A DNA stretch of 63,735 nucleotides, filler included, from Platydemus manokwari (taxonomy: Eukaryota), in the NCBI GenBank assembly GCA_037951405.1. It is 6 parts of 6 records of this genome, joined end to end, with 100 filler letters (N's around TTAATTAATTAA, not from the genome) between each part and the next. Parts side by side here need not be neighbours in the genome. Positions count along the whole stretch, not along the records: positions 32,704 to 46,555 come from JBBMOY011595853.1; positions 46,656 to 56,558 come from JBBMOY011190988.1; 4 more parts are not named here. One strand, 5' to 3'. A model generated the notes under the pieces. The model saw nothing but the letters and a program-made list of their open reading frames with translations. It searched no databases and was not told where the DNA came from. The stretch's first letter is position 1, and the number at the start of each line of letters is the position of its first letter. Made by a program: the position numbers and the translations under genes. Of the stretch, positions 41,400 through 52,453 are shown piece after piece.

Positions 41400-44100
41400 C
41401 TCATCATGTATGCAAAGAACTCTACTTAGACGATCATTGTTGTATTTCCTGATCAAAAAGCACTTCCTTAATGAATGATCTTCTCGCTAAGGTCAATCAA
41501 ATTTCGGATTTCAATTCAGTTATTGATGATTATCATCTTTAGGGATCGCTTTTATCTGTCTTTGGGGTCAGTTTTCTTCGGTATAGTGTACCTTGAGTCC
41601 CTTTCCACATTTCCTACAAGACATCTTCGATAGTACCCTTTTAAGCCCTGTTTTTTCGTAACGACTTAACAATATTTAAAAACTAATGGCCAGATCTCGT
41701 CTTATTTCATAGATAATTCTCGGATTTAAAATGAAGGATTCTTTAAGTTTATTGCTTTGCAGCCAATTTAAAACAAATTGAAATTTTCTTTTAAAACATG
41801 CTGTGATTCCAGGATAATTGGTAGTTTAAAAGATAATTTTCTGACAATTTTATGTATTGGTACATAAAAGTATTAATTATTCCATTTGGAAAATATCTTG
41901 CCAACTTATTCTATCAGGTATCTTTTATTACTTTTTCATATTGATTCGATCTATATAACTTATTTATTTCAAGCCAATCATTCATCAAATGAATTCGAAG
42001 AAATTCTGTATTTGCTCAATCATTTTTATTCGATGCCATGTAAAGTATTTTGTGAACATCTTTTATCTGTAATCTTTGTTAAATAAAGAACACCTTCTCT
42101 TCCAACTGCAAATGTTGTGCTTAGTCATTTTAAGTGACACGAGTGATAATCAAAATTAAATCTTTTCACATTGGTGTTATTATTACTTGCATTATTTATA
42201 AATTTGTATTATATTATTACTTTGGTCATCCGGTCCAGTCAAATGCTGATTATAAAATTGATAAGTAAATGGTGATTATAAAATAGTTATTATTTGAATA
42301 CTAGTTATTCATCTATTAAAATATTTGAATTGCACAAAATGTTTATTGTCATGGTTACTTTTGAAAAACATTTAATCCGTGAATCTCAACACACCTAACA
42401 ATTAACTCAATGAATTTATTTGATGTGTTCTGGTATTATCTGATTTGATTTATATACTTTATGATGATTCATTTTACATCTTTTGTCTCAGTTTGAGCTG
42501 AAGTACACTATTTATAATGATTTGAATTCCCCCTTTGTTTGATACTGAATACCTAAAACAAGGAAATAAACTTGTAAAAACCTAAAAATAATAATGAATA
42601 AAATTAATAATTTAAAATATTTTAAAAAATATAAAGTGATAAATTCTGGTTAAAAGTAAAAAATCGCATGCAAAAATGCCAAAATTTTGCAGAAAGTTTT
42701 CTAAAAATGGAAAAGTGCACATTAAGATATACTGTGATAAATTTAAATGTAAAAAAGCGACATTTAAGAGTCACCGATATGCAATAAGCTGTTGAGTTAA
42801 AAGATAGGAAAACAAAACAGAAAAGAATAATGAATAGCTTAAATTTTAATTAAGTTCGGAACATAATTTTGAAAGTACATGTAAAAAAATAAATAATGAC
42901 GTTGATTATGTACTGTCAATCATAGGTAAAAACTTGCGTAAACAAGTTATCCGCATTCGTCAGTAAATGAATTCACTGACACATTCGATAGTTTTAGCCA
43001 CGCTATAAGTAATTTGGAACTTATCAATCGAATTTATTTTCTATTATTGCACAGTTAATCTATCGCTATATTTAAAAACCTCCAAACAAAATACTGAAAG
43101 AAGACATAGAAATCCGAAACAAATGAAAATCAATTCACAAGACATTGATCATTACACACAAAGTCAATGCTATATAACAAGTGAACTCTGGAGAAAAACT
43201 CTTAGGCTTTAAGTTTTATTATTTTTTCTTTATTTTGATTACTGAGCACACTCGCGATTTGACTTTTGCATGAGACTTTTTATATCATTGATTCTGATTA
43301 AGCGTTTCATTTTGTATTATTGCGGTGAATACCATTTTATATTTAATATTCTAATAAGAATAAATAAACATATATTTAATGTTAAAATATATCTTATCAC
43401 ATTTATTATAATAATTACTGATATCCATTCACTGTTATTTTATTTATTATATATGTGATTTATTATAAGTTATTATTCCAACAATTATTTTGATCTTGAG
43501 AACCGAGAAATAATATTTAGATTTTTGTAAATGTTTACTACCGTGAATTATTTTAAGAACCTGGAATAATAATAAAGTTGTAAAGAATTCAATAAATTTT
43601 TCACCATAATAACTTTACCAAATAATTATATTTATCGATAATCACATACTGTTATATTATGCTACATATATTTTGTATACATAAATGCTCAGTTCATTGA
43701 ATATTCTATCCCATGACAAACATGAATATATTATAAAACGATATGAAATAAAATACAATATTGTGAGTAAAATGAAATAGTAAATTAATCAGTAAACGTG
43801 GGTTACAAAATTATTGAATTACTTTTATTGACACTGAATTGCCTTTCCCCCGATTTGTTTCGAAATTATTGAGATGCCTTGGCTTATTCTGAACTATCCA
43901 TTGTTGTCGTGGAAATGGAAGCAATCTTGTTGTCATCCCATATATGCAGTTTCCGCTTCTAATATATAGATAAATCCAGAATCTTACATACACGGCATTT
44001 AATTACGAGATATCTTCACACTTAATTTTGTTGATGAATATAGTGCCCTTAAAACTCTCGTAAATTTCATGTACTCCAAAGTATCGCAGATGCAAAATCA
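41400..44100 (-). mobile_element. Possible very decayed non-LTR retrotransposon remnants
   Basis: On the minus strand, GFIYILEAETAYM(+1 nt)DD near 43932-43981 resembles a frameshifted RT YxDD motif. Further downstream, CRKCGK at 41601-41618 resembles the start of a C-terminal CCHC knuckle. The order is right for a LINE, but the frames are full of stops. Confidence 0.25.
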
Positions 44101-45715
44101 CTTTAATATATTTCTGTCAACTAACTATTATTTAACTACAATTCTAAAACAACTGTAATAATTTTAACGAATTAAATTATTTTTATTGATTGTTTTATAT
44201 ATTAAATTTTTGTATATTTAATAAATGTAATGAATATTTAATAAATTCTTGGTTCGTCTAAAAAAATGGTTCATCTTTTATATATATATATATATAACCC
44301 AGCAATACTAATGGAAGTTCCAATTGAAAATTACGAAACACAGATAATACATAAATTTAAGGGATTCTATGAGAAACATTTTATAACAATAAATTATTTT
44401 ATTCTTTGGTTGGATTTTATAAATGCGTATTTAAAGATTCAGTTATTTGTTATAAAATGATAACATAAGATAATTATACTAAATTTCATTATTAATATTC
44501 AAGTCGCTTGAACTCTAATCGATTTAGTCTTATCGACGAGCTATTTAGTAGTATCAATATTCCAAAACCTATGGAAACATGATTACTCTATGTACCGATC
44601 GATCGAAATATAAAATTCTATATCAATTAAAAATCACCGTAACTTATGGATTATGAAAATTATTCATTTTGTATTAGTTAATTGTTTCTTTATTTATTAT
44701 TTTAAATAAATCGATACTTTATTATTGTTTTTGTCATTTTTATTGGAGTAATAAATAAATGGTTTAATATGGAAATTAATGTTTTAATATTAATTACCAT
44801 TTTAAAAAATATTTCAATTTATAATTTGGTTTAAATTAAGAAAGAATATGCTTTGACCTACTTTTGTAATAATGAATTTTCGCGCATTAGATAATTTTAT
44901 AATTTAATTTTATATAAAATTGCGATGTTTTATTTATTTGTATAATTCATTTAATATCTCACTTTTTAGGATGTCCAATAAGGGCAAAACATAGTTTCAA
45001 AATCTACTTCCTACTTTAATTGGAACACTTCCATACGATTATTTGAATTTTTAGATTAAAAATTGTTAATTATAAATCGAGTTAGTTAACTACAGTCATG
45101 TTTAATAATATCATTAGTTATTTTTATAAAATAAATGTAAAAGTTTGAAGTATCTCTCAACTTGCTTCAAATGTTAAACAAATTCGTCCTCGCTAATTTT
45201 AAATAAAATGCAATTTGACCTACTTTTTACATTTTTTCAAATAATCAAATTTTAGGAGAGTTTAAAGCTCTGGTGTTTTTAATATTTTATTTAAAATAAT
45301 TCAAATTCTTCTCAAGTAAAAAATTTAAAATGTATTTACAGAATCTAATTAAATAAACTATATAGATTTTTTGCAATACACTCAGCATGTTTAAAATTTT
45401 ATTTTAGGACCACTTTTATTAACTTTAGTCCATAATTTCAACATTTTGATATTACAAATAATAAATAATTGATTGATTCAATGATGCCACATACAAAATG
45501 TCGGACTAAAAATTATGATTTGATTTTCAATATTGAAACAACTTCAACAAATAACACACATTTTTTTGCCGGTTAAAAAAGTAAAAAAAAAAAATAAAAC
45601 TAATTATTTCATTTCTCAGTTGCTATAAAATGATAAATAAATTTCTTGGAATTTATTAAAGCCAAAACAACATTAAATATCAGTTAACAAAAAGAAATTC
45701 ATTTCTTTTTAAACT

Positions 45716-46346
45716 TTAAATTTTAGATGGCAATAAATTATTCAAATGTAATGAAAACGAATCGAACGTTTCTTGCAGACTATCTGGTGATAAACTAAGT
45801 CGAATTTCTGTTTCTATAATCAGAATATTTATCATTGATTTGTGTTAAATTAAAATACGCAACAATTCAAACCATTGACATCAATCTTCTGTCCACTCGA
45901 ACTAATGGCCAACAAAACAGCAGCAGCAACAATAGAAATTGGACTATGATTAGCAGCAATGTTAAGCATAATTGCTTTGGTAACAATGATATAAGAAATA
46001 TTGATTATATCATCACCGACGTCAAGTTTTTTACACATCTCTCCAATGATCTGTTTGACACTCATATTGTTACTTTTATCAATCAATCGACGCATGATTT
46101 TTTTGAATGTTTTCCCGATGATCTTTTTTGTCACGGTAGATGTTGCACACACATCTGTATGGGACGAAAACAAGGTCAAAAATGAAATTGGACAAATGTA
46201 TTTAATAACTGTCAACCTTTAAATGAAAACGGAATGCTCTCCTTTTTGCATGTAATGAAAATACAGGAATAAATAATCGCTTCTTTATTACAATTGCGAA
46301 TTTCGTCGAATACGCATATTTGTTTAAAGGTTGAAAATGTATTTTT
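45716..46346 (-). CDS. Second TFIIB-like gene, core (cyclin-fold) exons only; 5' part not visible
   Basis: Minus-strand exons 46346-46217, 46154-45873 and 45813-45716 splice in frame with no stops (169 aa): KNTFSTFKQICVFDEIRNCNKEAIIYSCIFITCKKESIPFSFK|DVCATSTVTKKIIGKTFKKIM...ANHSPISIVAAAVLLAISSSG...|ETEIRLSLSPDSLQETFDSFSLHLNNLLPSKI*. It has the same 130-nt exon and the same intron phases as the gene at 35336-37080. Confidence 0.85.
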
Positions 46347-46555
46347 CTTTAATAATAATAACAATAATCATATCGATTAATAATAATAATAAGCTAAGTA
46401 AAATAAATTTCAAATCGAATCGATAATCTAAAAATGTATTAATGATTCATTAATTACAAAAAAGAATTATTAAACCGATCATCCACTGTTGAAAATTACT
46501 GTTCAATAGTCTTTAAATAAATGTTAAATTTTAAAAATTGAAATGACAAAGAGTT

Positions 46556-46655
46556 NNNNNNNNNNNNNNNNNNNNNNNNNNNNNNNNNNNNNNNNNNNNT
46601 TAATTAATTAANNNNNNNNNNNNNNNNNNNNNNNNNNNNNNNNNNNNNNNNNNNN
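46556..46655. other. Artificial contig spacer
   Basis: N44-TTAATTAATTAA-N44. Confidence 0.98.
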
Positions 46656-47904
46656 TAGTTTCATTACGAATGACTTTGTAATTATTTAAGTTTTCTTCAT
46701 TTTTGTGCTTTCTATATAAATTTAAAGGTGATTTTCTAGATAGTTTTTGCTTAACGTTAATTCCAATGATCAATATAGAACTAAATTATATAAAAATAAT
46801 AATTGAAATATTAATTGAAATAATAGTTGAAAGCATTTTATTTGAATATACAAATTCATTTATGTTTTGGTTGTTTTTAAGATTAGAAAATGAATTATAT
46901 CATTCCTCGTGTAAAGTTCTTGAATAAAGTCTAAATGTTTCAAACTAGTTGCAAGTCATAAGATATGACGCAGAACGCACACATAACGCAGCTTGTAAAG
47001 AGAATATATTCTAGGCAAGAATTATCAGACTTTCATGTTAGGCAACCTTTGACGTATATATTTTATCTTCTTTCGGGTGCTGACTCCACCTGCAAACTGA
47101 CTTTTATCTACGATTTATTTTATGATCGTGGCCTTGATTCTGATGTTTAATTATGTTATGTTTCAGTAAATTATATTTTGATTGATTAACAGTGATATTT
47201 AATATTAATAGCATATCATTGCAACGTATTACTACAGATTTATTATTAACAAGAGTTATAAAGACACCCACCTTTATTTTAACTCTACACTTATCAAAAA
47301 CATGTTTTTTTAATCAATATACTCTTTTTCTCGACTAAGATCAAAACATCAAATGACAAAGCATGAACAATGATACACTTTCAAATATGATTTCAAGAGT
47401 AACAATAGAGCAAATAAATTTTTTCAACATGAAAATTTTATTTTAAATTATTTTCTTCAGTTTAATTTTTAATATAGTGAAAATAGGAGAAATGGAATAC
47501 GCGAATATCTGGATTAAGAGTATTTCCATAGTTATAAAATCAGCGAAATAAAATTTGTGTCCCAAAATACCTCGAACACACCCGGTTAGACAACTCTACT
47601 GTATATCAAACTATAATAATCATAATACTGTATATATGAAATAATGCCATAGCTATGGTAACAAAAATGTCAAAAGAATATTGTTGTCGTGATTTTAACA
47701 AATATATAACAATATAATATTATTTAGATTTATTAAAAGTTATTATTTAGATTTTTAATTAATTAATTATTTACATAATAAAAATATTAAGAGTAAATTA
47801 AGAATCATAATTAAATTAATCTGAATAATTATTTACATACTTGTATCAAATCATTAAACCTTGAACATTGTTTAAATTTACGGTTTATTTGTAACTTTTT
47901 GACC

Positions 47905-48627
47905 ATGATTTCTGGAATAAGGAGTGCTGCGATTTCATCATTATTTCGCAGACAAACAATACTATATAGGTATAAATACTTTTCAGTCGACATAATAACT
48001 TTTTACTTAAGAAGTGTCACAACCAGATTATTCTGTGATCAAAATACGACTAGCAAAAATGCCGAGTCTACTGAATCAGAAGAACCATTGAGGCAGCTTA
48101 AAGAAGAAAACAATAAGCTTATGGACATTTTCAAGGATACTGAGGTTTTTATAAGAAAAGAATAAAATTATTCATAATTATGTTTCAAGGACAAATATAA
48201 AAGAGCCTTGGCTGAATGTGAAAACGTTCGTCAAAGAATGTCTCGTCAGGTCGAAGAAGCTAAACAATTTGGTATTCAAAAATTTTGTAAAGACTTATTA
48301 GATGTCGCAGACATTCTCACAACTGCTACACAAGCTGTTAAGCCAGAGGAATTAGAGTCAAATATACCTCTGAAACAAATGTACAAAGGTCTTCAAATGA
48401 CAGAATCTCAAATGTTACAGGTTCTGGCCCGACATGGTGTTGAACGTATTGAACCAAGTGTTGGGGAAAAATTCGATCCAAATTGTCATGAAGCTCTGTT
48501 TCAAATTCCTATTCCAGAGGGTAAAGTAAAATCAGAAGTAATTGGTACCGTTGCAATATGTAACAAAGTTGGCTACAAATTACATTATAAGACGTTACGA
48601 CCAGCTACAGTTGGAGTGTATCAGTAA
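47905..48627 (+). CDS. GRPEL1: Mitochondrial GrpE nucleotide exchange factor, ~211 aa (225 aa if the first putative intron is retained)
   Basis: Exons 47905-47969, 48012-48144 and 48190-48627. Arg/Ser-rich, acid-free presequence. GrpE motifs DKYKRALAECENVRQR, FGIQKFCKDLLDVADIL, GLQMTE, GEKFDPNCHEALFQ and GYKLH.KTLRPATVGV. Confidence 0.95.
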
Positions 48628-50319
48628 ATCAGATTCCAAAATAATGATTGGATTTCTGGATTGAAGTTATAAATATGTGAATTTGCGAAATTGTTTTAAG
48701 AATTTTATAAATGCAATTTATTTGATGAATTCAATGCTTGAATATTATTGCAATATTAATCACCTTTAAACAATGATTAGTGCTCATAAGAAAATTACTG
48801 TTTAAAGTTATCCCAAATGATTTCATTGTTTAAATTTTGACGTTCAGAATTTCTGTTTTTGAAAATTATTTGGAATCACTTAAGTGTAATAAGTTCAAAG
48901 TATTATCGAAAAATTTATCAGATAAATACAATAAAGTATAATTTTGTTGTCTTTGAATGAATTGAGTCAACTTGTTTTGATACAGGTTAGGTCAAAACAT
49001 CTTTTATTCAATATCAGAGGTGTTCAAGTATAATTCTTTAGATTAGTGACCAGCTTGTGAGGTATAAGTATGCGACTTCGCTTTTGACTTATTTTGATAG
49101 AGCTGTTTACAATTTTTAGTCTATAGAATCAGAAAAGAAATTTATGATTTTATCTATTGCTATAATTGTCGTAATTTAATAAATTTTATATTATATATAT
49201 TGTTATTGTCAATACTGATCTGAACTTTTAAGTATCCCTAGCCGTACCATCATAAGCTATAAAAGAAACGTGATACTTAAATTTTCTGAAAACTTATCAT
49301 GTGAAAGTTGTAATAAAAAGCTAGCACATTCTGAAGGACTAGTTTATACTTTATTACATCAAAATTAAAACGAGACACCATTTTAAAAAAAAAATATGAA
49401 AGTATTGTTTTATATATCAGAAAAGGTTACAATCAAATGCAATAGTTTTATTTCAAAATAGTCACCTTTTAATAGAAACTAAAGCAGTTTAATGAGTAAC
49501 TCTGATTCATTTTAGTTTACGAAAAATGAATTGACTTGACTTAAGCATACTCAGTAACATTTTATATTATTACTATTCCATTAATTATATTTAAATTTTT
49601 GCTTTATACAAATATTTCACCTTTTCATTGAGCTAAAATCATATAACAAATTATAAGTAAACGTCAATTAGAGTGGGGGACAATAAAAACAAAATAACTT
49701 TCGAATGAATGGTAATTTAATAATAATTAGAGTAATTATAAAAGTATTAATTTTAAAATGAGTAAGACATAGTAGTCAATTATTCTTAAAATGTTTTAAT
49801 GTTGAAATTCATTAAATTATTCGGAAAAATTATAAATCAATAGGAAAATAAGTAATAAGACTCCAAAATTAATCATCGTAAAAATTTTTTTATTTTAAAG
49901 AAACTTATAATTTAAAAGAGCATTGCATGATTCAGAAATTTTGATTTTCTTTCAATCTTGAATGTAATCCAACAACAAGCAAAATTATAAGTTAACAAGA
50001 ATATAATCTTCAAAACATGATTAATTTTTTAATGTTGAGATTAATCAAACTATCAACATTTTATAAAACAATTTGTCTTTCATTCATTCCAATTTTTTAT
50101 TTAATATAAATTTTATTTAATAATTCAAATCCAATTGTCAATGATTGTTAAATAACACACCATAGGCTCTTTTCAATTAATTTAAACTTTAAATAAAACG
50201 ATCTAATTAGTTGTTGAGTGTTTTAATTTTATTTGAAATGACAATTATTTAAAATGAAATTGTTTAGTTATATTCAGTAAATTAAGGTATTTAAAACGTG
50301 AAATTTATTTTGAACATTG

Positions 50320-51752
50320 ATGTATCGTCCACCGCATCGAACGCCTATTCGGCCAATAATGGGCATTCCTAGAATTATGAGGCCTTTAAGCAATATACGT
50401 ACTGGTGCCCCTATGTATGTAATTTTATGCAATACGCAAAACATATTATTTTAATAGTGCAAGGGGTCCTGGATTTATTCCAAATATTCCATTTGACTTG
50501 GCCCAGTGCGAGTCAAGCTTCCCACTTGCTTACGAAGTTGATCAGAACAGTACAGAAGATAAACAACTGACAGATTTGTTATTAAAACGATGTCAAGATT
50601 TAACACCAACTCCTCAAGAACAACAATTAGTAACAGCTCTTGTCACACAATTATCAACAATCATGGATGAATTGATTATCAATCCTGCGGCATTCGAAGC
50701 TGCAGTAATGTTGTCTTTGTTTATATATAGATAATTATGAAATGTTTAGCAATTTGAAGAGCTTCGTCTGGTTGGTTCATATAAGAAAGGCACTATGTTA
50801 ACCGGTCAGAATATAGCTGATGCTGTCATAATATTTAAAACTTTACCAACAAAAGAAGCCGTTCAAGCTTTTAAAGAATATTTAGTGGAAAAAATGCGCA
50901 ATTCTGATTTAGCAAATGCTCGTTTTTTGACATCAGATATTCGAACATATGGATTCGAAATTATGACACCAGGCTGCTCGATGAGAATATTGGTGGCAAC
51001 AATGCCAATTAATTTAAAGAAACTCGATCCGGAATTGCATTGTAAGTGTGGCATTAATTTTTATGTTTGTTAGATGTTTTTTGATTAATTTTTTGATTTT
51101 TATTTCTCAGTGGACACCAAAGTCATACAGGGATCGTTAGCTGCGGTGCGTCACATCCGTTGGTTTGAAGATAACGCAGGTCACACGAGCATCAAGCTCT
51201 TAATTCGATTGTTAAAGGATCTCAAACAACGTTATGAGGGATTCGAAGCTTTGTCACCATGGATTATCGATCTATTAGCACATTATGCTATCCTCAATAA
51301 TCCCACCAATAACGCTCTTCCAATTAATCAAGCCTTCAAGCGCATTTTCCAGTTGTTAAGCTCGGGATTGTTTCTGCCGGGCAGTGCTGGCATTATCGAT
51401 CCCTGTGAGCAAGGACGGGTCCGCTTGCATACAAGCATGAGTTTGGAACAACAGGATGAAGTGTGTTGCACTGCTCAGACATTGTTACGCGTTCTGTGCC
51501 ATGGAGGATACAAAGAGATATTGGGATACAGCGATAGACGGATAAGTATGGTTTTGGACGATCTTGATTGGTCGGCTATTGATGTAAATTGTTTATTGTT
51601 GTTTAGATTTCGCTACTGATATGAGCCGATGGGGGGACATTGTTGTAGCGCCATCAGACCGAGCTTACGAAAAACCGGAAAATGTGTCGAAAGAGAGCTC
51701 CAGTGAATCCGATGATGACGTCAAAACGGATTCTGTTAAAGTGGAAATATAA
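50320..51752 (+). CDS. ILF2: Interleukin enhancer-binding factor 2 (NF45), DZF domain, ~404 aa
   Basis: Exons 50320-50414, 50458-50704, 50750-51041, 51111-51545 and 51607-51752 join in frame (1215 nt). Motifs FIPNIPFDLAQCE, VGSYKKGTMLTG, RHIRWFEDNA, GLFLPGSAGIIDPCE, AQTLLRVLCHGGYKEILG and PSDRAYEKP plus an acidic tail. Confidence 0.96.
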
Positions 51753-52453
51753 ATATTGTGCAGCATTTTATCGATCTTTTTTTAATACAGTTTTTTGTGT
51801 TTCAAATTATTTTTCGTTGTTTGATCTAGCTGGGGAGGGTTTATCGGCGTTTCATCTCTATTAGAACCATGTATGTCAAGTGCTTTAGTAAATCTTATAT
51901 GGTCTGGATTGAATGATTGATGATTTGTTTTATTTGAATTGTGACAGAAATTGCTTATCTATGAAATCAAGTTGATGAATTGATTGATTTGGTCGAATAT
52001 AAAAATTTGTGTAAATTTTATTGGATTATTTTGTATCCCAAGATTATAGAAGATATTAAATTTGGATCGTGAATTTCTAACTAAACCCAGTGATGAGATA
52101 ATTTTTAAATTTGATGTGTTAATTCTTTAATTATCATTTGTGCAAGGATGCGAACACTTAAAGTGCTAAATTAAGAATTCCAAGGTGAAAACTCGTTTTG
52201 CTTTTGCAAGATTTCGTCGCTACGCAACATGGGCACACGTATATGTGTGTGGTTTGCGAAAAGCTTAGAACAATTTGACAATACAATCGATTTTTTAAAG
52301 TTTAAAGTACAAATATACTATTTGTTAAAATGCTTTGATAAAGTATGTGATTAATATTTTATTTAAAAATCTGAATCCAATAGTAGCACTCAATAAATTT
52401 ATGACAAAAACTTATGAAACAGAGCAATAAAATTATTCCTTCCACGTGAAACT

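Noticed and set aside
45835-46222. Plus-strand ORFs 45835-46185 and 46001-46222
   Set aside because: Antisense shadows of the TFIIB-like exon.
47905-51752. GrpE-ILF2 as a trans-spliced operon
   Set aside because: Same strand, but about 1.7 kb of AT-rich spacer lies between them and there is no diagnostic signal; not supportable from sequence alone.
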